Shown: positions 9,718 to 19,503 of the stretch, one piece after another
How positions within the stretch are numbered: the stretch's first letter is position 1
Layout: each line of letters begins with the position of its first letter
Source: Candidatus Iainarchaeum sp.
Lineage (GTDB): Archaea > Iainarchaeota > Iainarchaeia > Iainarchaeales > JAXPJC01
Direction of reading: 5' to 3'
Assembly: GCA_016187745.1 (NCBI GenBank)
Contig: JACPJC010000006.1
Location: forward strand, 96,001 to 160,000
DNA: 64,000 bases
Translations under genes and position numbers: made by a program
The notes under the pieces: model-generated
Database searches by the model: none
Told to the model about the DNA's origin: nothing
The model's input: the letters and a program-made list of their open reading frames with translations, nothing else

Positions 9718-10593
9718 ATGGTTCTGGAGCAATTGGCGGTAAATGGCATAATTGCGGGTTCTGAGTACGCGCTGCTCGCGATCGGGCTGACCCTGATTTA
9801 TGGAATTCTGAGGCTCATTCATTTTGCCCATGGGGAAGTGGCAATGGTGGGGGCTTACAGCGCTTTTGTTGTTAGCGTGGTTTTTGGCCTGCCACTGATT
9901 GCAGGGTTTTTTGTCGCAATTGCCGCAGGGGCATTGCTTGGAATCGCAGTCAACAGGATTGCGTTCAGGCCGGTAAGAAAACAGCACATACTTATCGGGC
10001 TCATTACAGCAATTGCGGTTTCAATTCTGCTGCAGAATGCCATTGCATTGTTTTTCGGGAATGACATAAAAACATACAATCTGGGGGCTGTTGAGAAAGG
10101 GATTGAAGTATTTGGATTCATCATAACAAAAACGCAGATAGTGATTGTTTTTACAGCAGTTGCCTTAATGCTGCTGACCTGGGCATTCATTAAGAAAACA
10201 AAAATAGGGCAGCAGGTGAGGGCGGTTGCGGACAACAGGGAACTGGCTGAAAGCATCGGAATTGATTCTGAGAAAGTAATCGCATGCACCTTTGCATTTG
10301 GCTCTGCCCTGGCTGCAGCAGGGGGAGTATTAATTGCGGCCGAAACAAATTTAGCGCCAATGATGGGCCTGATGCCGAACATCAAGGCATTTGCTGCAAT
10401 TATTGTTGGAGGCATTGGAAGCATTCCGGGGGCGATTTTTGGCTCATACTTCATTGGCCTGGCCGAGAATATTGGGATATGGTTTTTGCCTTCAGGCTAC
10501 AAGGATGCGATTGCATTCTTTATTCTCGTAATTTTCCTTTTGTTCATGCCAACCGGAATTTTCGGTAAGAAGAAGGAGGGAATTGAGCAATGA
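9718..10593 (+). CDS. livH: Branched-chain amino-acid ABC permease LivH
   Basis: NG...GS.YAL.A.GLTL.YG...L.HFAHG, T..G...RAVA.N..LA...GI, AF.A...GG.GS..GA. Confidence 0.93.
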   Translation: MVLEQLAVNGIIAGSEYALLAIGLTLIYGILRLIHFAHGEVAMVGAYSAFVVSVVFGLPLIAGFFVAIAAGALLGIAVNRIAFRPVRKQHILIGLITAIAVSILLQNAIALFFGNDIKTYNLGAVEKGIEVFGFIITKTQIVIVFTAVALMLLTWAFIKKTKIGQQVRAVADNRELAESIGIDSEKVIACTFAFGSALAAAGGVLIAAETNLAPMMGLMPNIKAFAAIIVGGIGSIPGAIFGSYFIGLAENIGIWFLPSGYKDAIAFFILVIFLLFMPTGIFGKKKEGIEQ

Positions 10594-11483
10594 TTGAGGC
10601 ATATATACTGCATCTGCTGATCTTCATCTGCATTTATGCAATTCTTTCAATGAGCCTGAATCTCATTACGGGATATGCGGGCATGCTTAACTTGGGCCAT
10701 GCTGCATTCTTTGGAATCGGGGCATATGCCTCTGTTTTGATTGTCATGGCAGGATTTCCATTCTGGCTTGGCTTTATTGCTGCAGGCGCAATTGCCGCAT
10801 TTTTCGGGCTGCTCCTGAGCGTTCCGGCACTGAGGTTGAGGGGGGACTTCCTTGCAATTGCAACTCTTGCTTTTGGGGAAATAATCCGGAGCATCTTGGT
10901 GAACTGGACCGAATTTACAAGGGGGCCGCTTGGAATCCCCGGCATACCAAAGCCTGAAATTTTTGGAATTGCTTTTGATTCGCTCTGGATGTATTTTATT
11001 CTGGCTTTTATAATTGCCGCAGTTGCATACTTTGTTTTGAGGCATTTGCTGAATTCAAATTTTGGAATTGCCCTGAAGGCAATAAGGGAAAATGAATCTG
11101 TTGCTGCGAGCCTGGGAAAAAATGTGAATCTGCTCAAAATGCAGGCATTTGTTGTTGGCGCATTTTTTGCGGGCCTTGCGGGGAGCCTCTTCGCCCACTA
11201 CATTACTTTTATTGACCCGGGAACTTTTGTCCTCGGGGAAACAATACTGATGCTGCTTATGGTTGCGCTCGGGGGGATGGGAAGCCTTGAGGGAAGCATA
11301 CTTGGCGCAATAATCCTGATTCTGCTGCCTGAGCCCCTGCGCTTTATAGGGCTGCCTTCCGCGGTTGTTGGGCCGCTAAGGCAAATTATTTATGCAGCAA
11401 TACTCATAGTATTAGTAATAAAAAAGCCCAGGGGGCTGCTTGGAACGCAATGGTTTGGGGGGATTGTAAGTGATAGCAATTGA
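10590..11483 (+). CDS. livM: Branched-chain amino-acid ABC permease LivM
   Basis: SLNL..GY.G.L.LGHAAFFG.GAY, LRLRGD.LAIATL.FGE, T.G..G, AIRENE..A..LG. Confidence 0.93.
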   Translation: MIEAYILHLLIFICIYAILSMSLNLITGYAGMLNLGHAAFFGIGAYASVLIVMAGFPFWLGFIAAGAIAAFFGLLLSVPALRLRGDFLAIATLAFGEIIRSILVNWTEFTRGPLGIPGIPKPEIFGIAFDSLWMYFILAFIIAAVAYFVLRHLLNSNFGIALKAIRENESVAASLGKNVNLLKMQAFVVGAFFAGLAGSLFAHYITFIDPGTFVLGETILMLLMVALGGMGSLEGSILGAIILILLPEPLRFIGLPSAVVGPLRQIIYAAILIVLVIKKPRGLLGTQWFGGIVSDSN

Positions 11484-12108
11484 ATTGAAGGGAATTTCAA
11501 AAAAATTTGGCGGGGTTACTGCACTTGATAATGTTTCCTTCAAGTTGGAGAAGGGAAAAACCCTTGGGCTTGTTGGGGGCAATGGCTCCGGAAAAACAAC
11601 CCTGCTGAATTCAATTACAAAAATGGTTGCTCCGGACAGGGGGGAGGTTTATTTCAAGGGAAAGCGCATTGACAAACTTCCGGCATACAGGATTGCAAGG
11701 CTTGGCATCGGGAGAATATTCCAAACCGGGGGAGTTTTCAAGAACATGACTGTGCTTGAGAATTTGCTTGTTGCATCCGACGGGAAGAGGGAGAATGAGG
11801 CAGAGAGAATTCTGAAGGAAGTGGCATTGCTGGAAAAGAAGGGTAAAAAGGCCGCAACCCTGAGCGGGGGCCAGCAGAGGCTGCTTGAATTCGGAAGGGT
11901 AATGGTCAGGAATGATGAATTGATCCTGCTTGATGAGCCGTTTGCAGGGGTAAGCGCGGAAAACAGCAGGAAGATTGAAAGCGTAATAAAAAAACTTCAG
12001 GAAGAGGGCAAGACAATTATCCTGATTGAGCACGACAGCGCAAGAATCAAAAGATTGTGCAACCAGATAATCGAGCTTGAGAAGGGAAGCATAATTAGAA
12101 GAGAATGA
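11470..12108 (+). CDS. livG: ABC transporter ATP-binding protein (LivG-like)
   Basis: Walker A GGNGSGKTT, signature LSGGQQR, Walker B LLDEP, IEHD. Confidence 0.85.
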   Translation: MIAIELKGISKKFGGVTALDNVSFKLEKGKTLGLVGGNGSGKTTLLNSITKMVAPDRGEVYFKGKRIDKLPAYRIARLGIGRIFQTGGVFKNMTVLENLLVASDGKRENEAERILKEVALLEKKGKKAATLSGGQQRLLEFGRVMVRNDELILLDEPFAGVSAENSRKIESVIKKLQEEGKTIILIEHDSARIKRLCNQIIELEKGSIIRRE

Positions 12109-12240
12109 ATGTGCCGTTCACCTGTCAGCCCTAACGGTCAGGCAGCTCGCAGGCATTCAGGAATTACTTCAATCTGATCTGGAAGATTGCGACAAATTAG
12201 ACTGCATTATATTATATCCTTTTCTTTGCTATTTTTTATA

Positions 12241-13239
12241 ATGCAGAATAAAATCCAGGAGCTGCTTGACCACGCATTCGGGCAGGCGAGGAAACGCGCG
12301 GAAAAACTGCCTAAAATGAAGAACAAGTTCAAGCGCGTGAGGATTGAGGAAACCACAAAAATAAAGGCCGTGGCGGATGCGCTTGCAGCGGGGCTTGATA
12401 AGGTTGTTGAGGAATTCCCGGACTTTTCAAAATTGCATCCGTTTTACGCGGAGCTGTTTGATGCGATTGTGAGCGTTGCAGAACTGAAAAAGGCGCTTGC
12501 GCACATAAGCGATGCCGCGGAAATAATAAAGAGGCTTAAGCACAGGAAGATTTACGAAATTGGCAGCATTTACAGGAAAACAGAAACCGAGCGCATGTCG
12601 GCAATAAGGAATGAATTTTACGGGCGCGCGGCATCGGTTGTGAATGACCTGCAGGGGAGCTTCGGGGTAATCGAGAATGCGCGGAGCAAATTGAAGGAGA
12701 AGCCGGAAATAAAATTTGACCTGCCGACTGTTATAATTGCCGGCTTTCCGAATGTCGGGAAAACAACAATACTGAAGCGCCTTACGGGGAGCGAGCCGGA
12801 GATTGCGCCATACCCCTTCACAACAAAATCAATAAAACTGGGCTATTTCAAATTGAAGTATGAGAAAATCCAGGTTATTGATACGCCCGGGCTGCTTGAC
12901 AGGCCCATGGAAAAGCGCAACGCGATTGAAAGGAAGGCTGTAATCGCAATAAGGCACCTTGCGAATGCGGTTGTTTTTGCGCTTGACGCAACAACATATT
13001 CGGGATACAGGCTCGGGGAGCAGATGCACCTGCTGAAGGAAATAATGGGCGCATTTGGGAAAATCCCATTGATTGTTGCAATAAACAAGGCGGACCTTGC
13101 TAGCGGGGAAGAAATTGAAAATGCGAAAAAGTCCGTGAAGGAAATCGGCATAAATGAAACCGTCCTGTGCGGGGAAGGCATAGGGGATGAGGCGCTTAAG
13201 GAGAAAATAATGAGGATGATTCAGCGGAAATCCGCTTAG
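12241..13239 (+). CDS. Nog1/GTPBP4 family GTPase
   Basis: LHPFY helical N-domain, GFPNVGKT, YPFTT, DTPG.LDRP...RN.IE, NKAD. Confidence 0.93.
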   Translation: MQNKIQELLDHAFGQARKRAEKLPKMKNKFKRVRIEETTKIKAVADALAAGLDKVVEEFPDFSKLHPFYAELFDAIVSVAELKKALAHISDAAEIIKRLKHRKIYEIGSIYRKTETERMSAIRNEFYGRAASVVNDLQGSFGVIENARSKLKEKPEIKFDLPTVIIAGFPNVGKTTILKRLTGSEPEIAPYPFTTKSIKLGYFKLKYEKIQVIDTPGLLDRPMEKRNAIERKAVIAIRHLANAVVFALDATTYSGYRLGEQMHLLKEIMGAFGKIPLIVAINKADLASGEEIENAKKSVKEIGINETVLCGEGIGDEALKEKIMRMIQRKSA

Positions 13240-13328
13240 GAAAGGCATTTAAACATTTTATTGCTGGATTATATTATTCTTGATTGCCTTGCTGAACTGC
13301 TTGGCGACTTGTTTTAGGGAGTGGAAAA

Positions 13329-13610
13329 ATGCTGGCTGAAACGCAGGAACAGGCTTCCCATATAGCGGAACTGATGGAAAACATAGTTGCGGACAATTCG
13401 GTTCCAAGGAACATAAGGAAAATTGTGGAGGAGGCGAAAAACAAAATCCTCTCGCAGGAGGAATTTGACACGAAGATAACCTCTGCAATCTATCTCCTTG
13501 ATGACATAAGCAATGACATAAACATGCCAAGCCACACGCGCACTGAACTCTGGACGCTCATATCCAAGCTCGAGGCAATTAGGGGAAACAAAAAAGAAGT
13601 AGTGCCTTGA
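13329..13610 (+). CDS. UPF0147 family protein
   Basis: D.SVPRNIR...AI..LDDISND.NMP.HTRT..W...S.LE. Confidence 0.9.
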   Translation: MLAETQEQASHIAELMENIVADNSVPRNIRKIVEEAKNKILSQEEFDTKITSAIYLLDDISNDINMPSHTRTELWTLISKLEAIRGNKKEVVP

Positions 13611-15151
13611 TGCAGGAAATGCAGAAAAAGCCAAGTGCTGAAGAGATTGTCAGTTATGCCAGCGAAAAGGCTGCTTTTGTAAATGCCGATGCGCTGGGGC
13701 CGCTTGCGGAATTTGGGGATTATAAAAAAATAATCGATGAGCTGCTTGCGGAAGGCATTTTTGAAATAGGGAAGGACAGGGTTTCTGAAAAAATTGCGAA
13801 ATCAAGGGCAAAAATAAATGTTCTTGAAACCCCGATAATTGAGATAAGGCATGAGAGGTTCAGGCCGGAGGCAAGGGAATCCTCTGGAAAGGTGAAAATC
13901 CTTGAGGAGTATGATGTTACGGGGCAGAGCTTTTCCTCAGGAAGCGTGAAGGACTTCCTGAATTACTTCAGGGCGAAATTCGATGCGCTTTCGGAAATAC
14001 TGATGCAGCATCCGGGAATGAGCCCAAAATCAATAAGCTCATTGCACAACATCAGGATAGGCCCGGAGGGAAGGAAGGAATTTGATGTAATCGGCATGGT
14101 AAAGGACAAGTGGATAAGCAAGAAGGGGCATTTGATCCTCCAGCTTGAAGACCTTGAGGCCGAATGCGTTGCGGTAATTCCCAAGGATGATTTGGAGCTT
14201 ACAAGGATTGGATTGAATGTATTGCCTGACAATGTGATATGCGTAAGGGCTGTGAAGGGGAGCCAGGGGATGGTAATCGCAAAGGGCATTGTGTTTCCTG
14301 AAGTTCCGCAGAGGGAACTCCCGAAAATCGAGAATGATGCGAGCATTGCAATTACTGCTGATGTGCACATCGGAAGCAAATTGTTCCTTGAGGAGAGCTT
14401 CAGGAGATTCTTGGCATGGATAAACGGCTCAATAGGGAATGAGAAGGAGGCTGAAAGGGCGGGAAAAATAAAATACCTTGTGTTTGCCGGGGACAATGTT
14501 GACGGCGTTGGAATCTACCCTGAACAGTTTGATGAGCTGGGAATAAAGGACATTTATGAGCAGTATGCTGAATTTGAGAAATTGGTAATGCAGATTCCGG
14601 AATATGTGGAAATAATAATATGCCCGGGGCAGCATGATGCTGTTAGAAGGGCAGACCCACAGCCGGCAATTCCCAAGGAATTTGCCCCGAATCTCAGCAA
14701 AATGAGCAATGTGCATTTTGTCGGCTCCCCCGGCTGGTTTGAAGTGGAGGGTCTTAAATGCCTCGTATACCACGGGGCGTCGCTCCATGACCTGATTTCA
14801 AGCGTTACAACGCTGAGCTCAGCAAAGCCAGAGAAGGTAATGGTTGAAATCCTCAGGCGCAGGGATCTGATGCCAACCTATGGATTAAGGCAGCCCTATG
14901 TTCCTGAGAAAAAGGATTTCATGGTAATGAAGGAAGTGCCTGACCTTTATTTCGGGGGGGACATGCACCATGTGGGTTATGAGAGATACAGGGGAACGAC
15001 GGTTGTGAATGCGGGAACGTGGCAGTCGCAAACCCCCTATCAGCTGAACTTAGGGCACATTCCAACCCCGGGAATTGTCCCGACAATAGACCTGAAGAAA
15101 AACAGCATAAGGGAAGTGCATTTCCTTGAGCAGGAATTGCGGGGCGCATAA
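13610..15151 (+). CDS. polB: DNA polymerase D small (proofreading) subunit DP1
   Basis: OB fold plus metallophosphoesterase motifs DVHIGS, GD.VDG.GIYP, PG.HD, YHG, G..H, TPG. Confidence 0.95.
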   Translation: MQEMQKKPSAEEIVSYASEKAAFVNADALGPLAEFGDYKKIIDELLAEGIFEIGKDRVSEKIAKSRAKINVLETPIIEIRHERFRPEARESSGKVKILEEYDVTGQSFSSGSVKDFLNYFRAKFDALSEILMQHPGMSPKSISSLHNIRIGPEGRKEFDVIGMVKDKWISKKGHLILQLEDLEAECVAVIPKDDLELTRIGLNVLPDNVICVRAVKGSQGMVIAKGIVFPEVPQRELPKIENDASIAITADVHIGSKLFLEESFRRFLAWINGSIGNEKEAERAGKIKYLVFAGDNVDGVGIYPEQFDELGIKDIYEQYAEFEKLVMQIPEYVEIIICPGQHDAVRRADPQPAIPKEFAPNLSKMSNVHFVGSPGWFEVEGLKCLVYHGASLHDLISSVTTLSSAKPEKVMVEILRRRDLMPTYGLRQPYVPEKKDFMVMKEVPDLYFGGDMHHVGYERYRGTTVVNAGTWQSQTPYQLNLGHIPTPGIVPTIDLKKNSIREVHFLEQELRGA

Positions 15152-15152
15152 A

Positions 15153-18100
15153 ATGCAGAGCATGAATATTCTTGCGGGCGAGGGGATAAGGAATTATTAC
15201 CAAAAAATTGCCGAGCGCGTGGATGCGCAGTTCTCTCTTGCAAAAAGCGCAAGGGCAAAAAACTATGATGTGTGCGCTTCTGTTGAGTCACTTCCTGCCG
15301 TTGACCTTGCGGACCGCGCGGAAACTATTATCGGCCCAAAAGGAGTTGCGGCGCGCTACAGGGAACTGTATGCAAAGCACAACAACAGGGAGCTTGCAAT
15401 ATTTGATATTTTCAGGGACATAATCTCCGGAAAATTGGGGAACATTCAGGGGAATGAGAAAAGGGTTGAGCAGGCAATCAAGACTTCCCTTTGCTTAATT
15501 ACCGAGGGGGTAGTTGTTGCGCCGATTGATGGATTGCCATATGTGAGGATAAGCAAAAATCCCGATGGGAGCGAATACGTGGATGTTTATTATGCGGGCC
15601 CAATCCGCGCAGCCGGGGGAACTGCGCAAGTGCTGCCATTGATTCTCGGGGATTATGCCCGCGCACTTCTCTCTTTGGACAGATACAAGCCGACGGAAGC
15701 GGAAGTTGAGAGATATGTTGAGGAAGTCAAATTATATTCAACGCTCTACACAAGGCAGTATCCGATAAGCGAGGAGGAAATCCGCACAATAGTAAGGGGC
15801 TGCCCTGTGTGCATTAACGGGGAGCCGACGGAAAAGCTGGAAGTTTCAGTGTTTCGGGATCTTCAAAGAATTCCGAGCAACCGCATAAGGGGCGGGGCAT
15901 GCCTTGTAATAAGCGACGGGATTGCGCTAAAGGCAATGGCAATCCTGAATTATGCGAAAATGCTGCAGCTTGACTGGAGCTGGCTTGAGAAAATAATAAA
16001 AGTTAAAAAATCCGGGGAGAAGGAGTCAGGGCTCCAGCCGAGCAAAAAATACCTTGAGGGAATTGCTGCGGGAAGGCCCATACTTGCGTATCCCCTGCGT
16101 TCCGGGGGCTTCAGGCTGCGCTATGGGAAAAGCAGGAACAATGGCATAATGGGAAAGTGCATACATCCCGCAACAATGGCGGTGCTGGACGAGTTTATTG
16201 CCGTTGGAACGCAGATGAAAATTGAGAGGCCGGGAAAGTCAGCGGGAATATTCCCCTGCGATTCAATTGAGGGGCCGATAGTGAAGCTCAAGGATGGAAG
16301 CGTGGTGCAGCTGCACACATATGGGAAAGCAAAAGAAATTGCAAATGATGTTGAGAAAATACTTTTTTTGGGGGATATGCTCGTAACTTACGGGGACTTC
16401 AAAAAATCCGCGCATCCTCTTGTTCCTGCAGGATATTGCGGGGAATGGTGGCTTCAGGAAGTGAAGAAGGCGCTTGGGGAAAATAAAAATGCGGATGCGG
16501 CTGAATTCGCAAAAATAATGAAGAGCCCATTTGATGCGGATTATGAAACCGCAACTAAAGTTTCAGAAAAATTGAATGTTCCGCTGCATCCGCATTACAT
16601 ACATTACTACTCCGCGCTGCAGAAACCCGAAATGCTTGAATTGATTGACGCAATAAGGGCTGCTGAAATTTCCGAACCGGATGGAAGAATTTCAGGGATA
16701 AAAATTGAAAACAGCCCGAAAACAAAAGAATATCTTGAGAGGATCGGGCTGCCGCACAGATTGGGCGAAGGAAAAATTATTATTGAAAGGGAATTCGCGC
16801 CCGCGCTGCTTGGAACATTCGGCTTTTACAGCAAAAAGGTTCCTGAGGGGGAGAATGCGCTTGAAGTTCTCAACAGCATTTCAGATTTTGCAATAAGGGA
16901 CAAGGGCGGAACTTTCATAGGGGCGAGGATGGGCAGGCCGGAATCCGCAAAGCCAAGGGTGATGGTGGGAAATCCGCATGTGCTTTTCCCTGTCGGATTG
17001 TATGGGGGCGCAACAAGAAGCCTGAACAAGGCGATGGATTCAGAAGAGGATTCCGCGGAGCACAAGTACAGGAGCAGGGAGGCAAAGATGCTGGGCGAGA
17101 TCGAGGTTGAAATTGCATACCATAAGTGCCCGAACTGCGGGAAGATTCTCCCCTCCTCAATATGCTCGCAGTGCAGGTGCGGAACAAAAAAAATAACGCT
17201 TTGCGAGAAGTGCGGGACAGAATGCTTTGACGCATTGTGCAGGAACTGCAGGGGGGCTGCGAACTCCAGGGGCATGAAAAAAATAAACATTGATGAGCTG
17301 ATGCGCTCTGCGGCGCTTAACTTAGGAACGGGAATTCCTGAAACTGTAAAAGGCGTGAAGGGGGTCATAAATGACGACAAATTTGTGGAGCCGCTTGAGA
17401 AGGGGATTCTGAGGGCGCGCCATGAGCTGCATGTGTTTCGCGACGCTACAATAAGGTTTGATTTGCTGAACGCGCCATTGACGCACTTCAAGCCGGGCGA
17501 AATTGAATTGGGGGTTGAGGAAGCGAAAAGGCTTGGATACGCAAAGGATGTTGATGGGAATGAGCTTGTCAGCCCTGAACAGATGCTTGAGCTGTTCCCG
17601 CAGGACATAATAATAAATGAGAGCGCTGCGGAATTTTTCATAAGGGCTTCAAAGTTCATTGATGATTTGCTGGAGGATTTTTACGGCCTTGAGAGGTATT
17701 ACAGGGCAAATTCAAAGCAGGATCTGATTGGGGAGCTGGTTCTCGGGCTTGCGCCGCACACATCTGCCGCAATTGTAGGCAGGATAATAGGGTATACAAA
17801 GGCAAGGGTGTGCTTTGCGCATCCATTTTTCCATCTTACAAAGCGCAGGAACATCGATGGGGACCAGGATTCAATTTTATTGCTGATGGACGCGCTCCTG
17901 AATTTCTCGCAGAAGTATCTTCCTTCCACGCGGGGAGCGAGGATGGATGCGCCGCTTGTTTTTACAATCGCGCTGAAGCCCAGTGAGATAGACAATGAGG
18001 CATTTGACATGGAAGTCTGTGGGGAATATCCATTGGAGCTTTATGAGAGGGCGCAGAGGCTCGAGCCCGCAAATCTTGAGGGCATTGAAAGGGTTATGCA

Positions 18101-18605
18101 CCGTTTAAATACTCCCAACCAATATTCGGGATTGAAATACACGCATGAAACAGGCTGCTTTGATGAGGGGCCGAAAATTTCAAGGTATGTGCAGCTTGAA
18201 ACAATGGCTGAAAAGCTGAATTCGCAGGCTGAACTGCAGCAGAAAATTTGCGCAATAGAGCACAAGGACGCGCTGGAAAGGGTAATGGCGTCGCACTTCC
18301 TTCCGGATTTAATTGGAAACACGCGCGCGTTCTCGAGGCAGAATTTCAGATGCACAAAATGCAATACGCGCTACCGCAGGATTCCCTTAGTGGGGCACTG
18401 CACAAAGTGCGGGGGGAATATAATACTTACAATTGCAGAAGGATCGGCGCGCAAATATCTGGAGATAGCAAAGGCATTCATTGTGAAGTATGCGCTTTCC
18501 CCCTACATAAAGCAGAGGGTTGACCTCATAGAGAGGGAGATGAATTCTGTGTTCCAGAGCGAGGGCGCAGTGGCAAAGCAGAAAAGCTTGGCAGAGTTTG
18601 TTTAA
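15153..18605 (+). CDS. polC: DNA polymerase D large subunit DP2
   Basis: TEGVVVAP, YAGPIR.AGGTAQ, GGFRLRYG, IG.RMGRPE, FRD.TIR.D, KRRN.DGD.D, RG..MDAPL, C-terminal Zn finger, PIP-like QKSLAEF. Confidence 0.97.
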   Translation: MQSMNILAGEGIRNYYQKIAERVDAQFSLAKSARAKNYDVCASVESLPAVDLADRAETIIGPKGVAARYRELYAKHNNRELAIFDIFRDIISGKLGNIQGNEKRVEQAIKTSLCLITEGVVVAPIDGLPYVRISKNPDGSEYVDVYYAGPIRAAGGTAQVLPLILGDYARALLSLDRYKPTEAEVERYVEEVKLYSTLYTRQYPISEEEIRTIVRGCPVCINGEPTEKLEVSVFRDLQRIPSNRIRGGACLVISDGIALKAMAILNYAKMLQLDWSWLEKIIKVKKSGEKESGLQPSKKYLEGIAAGRPILAYPLRSGGFRLRYGKSRNNGIMGKCIHPATMAVLDEFIAVGTQMKIERPGKSAGIFPCDSIEGPIVKLKDGSVVQLHTYGKAKEIANDVEKILFLGDMLVTYGDFKKSAHPLVPAGYCGEWWLQEVKKALGENKNADAAEFAKIMKSPFDADYETATKVSEKLNVPLHPHYIHYYSALQKPEMLELIDAIRAAEISEPDGRISGIKIENSPKTKEYLERIGLPHRLGEGKIIIEREFAPALLGTFGFYSKKVPEGENALEVLNSISDFAIRDKGGTFIGARMGRPESAKPRVMVGNPHVLFPVGLYGGATRSLNKAMDSEEDSAEHKYRSREAKMLGEIEVEIAYHKCPNCGKILPSSICSQCRCGTKKITLCEKCGTECFDALCRNCRGAANSRGMKKINIDELMRSAALNLGTGIPETVKGVKGVINDDKFVEPLEKGILRARHELHVFRDATIRFDLLNAPLTHFKPGEIELGVEEAKRLGYAKDVDGNELVSPEQMLELFPQDIIINESAAEFFIRASKFIDDLLEDFYGLERYYRANSKQDLIGELVLGLAPHTSAAIVGRIIGYTKARVCFAHPFFHLTKRRNIDGDQDSILLLMDALLNFSQKYLPSTRGARMDAPLVFTIALKPSEIDNEAFDMEVCGEYPLELYERAQRLEPANLEGIERVMHRLNTPNQYSGLKYTHETGCFDEGPKISRYVQLETMAEKLNSQAELQQKICAIEHKDALERVMASHFLPDLIGNTRAFSRQNFRCTKCNTRYRRIPLVGHCTKCGGNIILTIAEGSARKYLEIAKAFIVKYALSPYIKQRVDLIEREMNSVFQSEGAVAKQKSLAEFV

Positions 18606-18611
18606 TCCTAA

Positions 18612-19004
18612 TTATTTTCCGAAAATAATCCAGAGCATTGCAACCAGAACAAGAACCAGAAATAAAATCAGCACTTTGGGCCTTTTCAGGAGCAGTCTGA
18701 AAAACCATTTTATTATTCCTGAAATCAGAAGCAGAATTGAGAGAATTATCCCGAAAAAATATTTTATCCAATTTATGGGATTTTTCAGCTCGTTGAAAAG
18801 CTCAGAGGATGCGCCCTTCCATGTCGGCTTTTGCGCTTTTCCGGCGGAAGGCTGAATTCCCTGCTCCGTTTCCTGAATTTCAGCGCCTTCGGATTCCCCG
18901 GTTTCTTCCTCAGAAATTTCCTCCGGCTCTTCCGATGGCTCTTCTATTTCCTCAACTTCTTTATCGGCAGAATTAGGGGAGGCTTGAAGCGCTTCTTTAG
19001 GCAT
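18612..19004 (-). CDS. Hypothetical membrane protein, acidic disordered N-terminus and two C-terminal hydrophobic helices
   Basis: Glu-rich first ~50 aa; hydrophobic C-terminal half. Confidence 0.7.
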   Translation of the reverse strand: MPKEALQASPNSADKEVEEIEEPSEEPEEISEEETGESEGAEIQETEQGIQPSAGKAQKPTWKGASSELFNELKNPINWIKYFFGIILSILLLISGIIKWFFRLLLKRPKVLILFLVLVLVAMLWIIFGK

Positions 19005-19034
19005 TTTCCCTTTTTCTTTTGGGATAACTTAACA

Positions 19035-19059
19035 CTTTTCTTTTTTATAAAAAGAAAAG
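19035..19059 (-). terminator. AT-rich inverted repeat just downstream of sepF
   Basis: CTTTTCTTTTT-TAT-AAAAAGAAAAG; gives an oligo-U tract on either strand and overlaps a TATA-like TTTATAAA. Confidence 0.4.
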
Positions 19060-19061
19060 GG

Positions 19062-19421
19062 TTAGGCTTCCTTTCTTTTTACAATCTTTACCCTTGAGGG
19101 CGTTACTAACACGCGATCGCTTGAGACCCTTGCCATGTCGCCGTCTATGCCCTGAACCTCATTGCGGATTGTGCTTATCAGTTCGCGCAATTTCATCGCG
19201 TTTCTCTTGCTCAAATCAGCGATATTCAGCAGCACTATGTTGCCCTTCTTCACTTCTTCAACAACAGTCTGCGCATCTGTATCGCGCTGAAGCGAATAAG
19301 GCTTCACATATGCGTCCGCGTCCTCATACATGCTCTCTTCTTCAACATCAAGGTTGTTGAGGAATTCCTCTATGTCAACAGCCTCTGACTTTCTGCCTAT
19401 CTTATCCAAAAAACCCATCAT
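19062..19421 (-). CDS. sepF: Cell division protein SepF
   Basis: E...GNIV..N...L......L......I.GD.A......V.VTP..VKI; GGGGTGA RBS. Confidence 0.9.
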   Translation of the reverse strand: MMGFLDKIGRKSEAVDIEEFLNNLDVEEESMYEDADAYVKPYSLQRDTDAQTVVEEVKKGNIVLLNIADLSKRNAMKLRELISTIRNEVQGIDGDMARVSSDRVLVTPSRVKIVKRKEA

Positions 19422-19503
19422 ATCACCCCTTAGTGAAAAGATAATTTCTGCTAATATATTACGCAAGCATATATTTTAATGCTATTGTTTGGGTTAGTTT
19501 AGT

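Noticed and set aside
15153-18605. Inteins in PolD DP2, Cdc6 or Hel308
   Set aside because: Lengths are canonical, and no intein N-terminal block, HN/C splice junction or LAGLIDADG block was seen.
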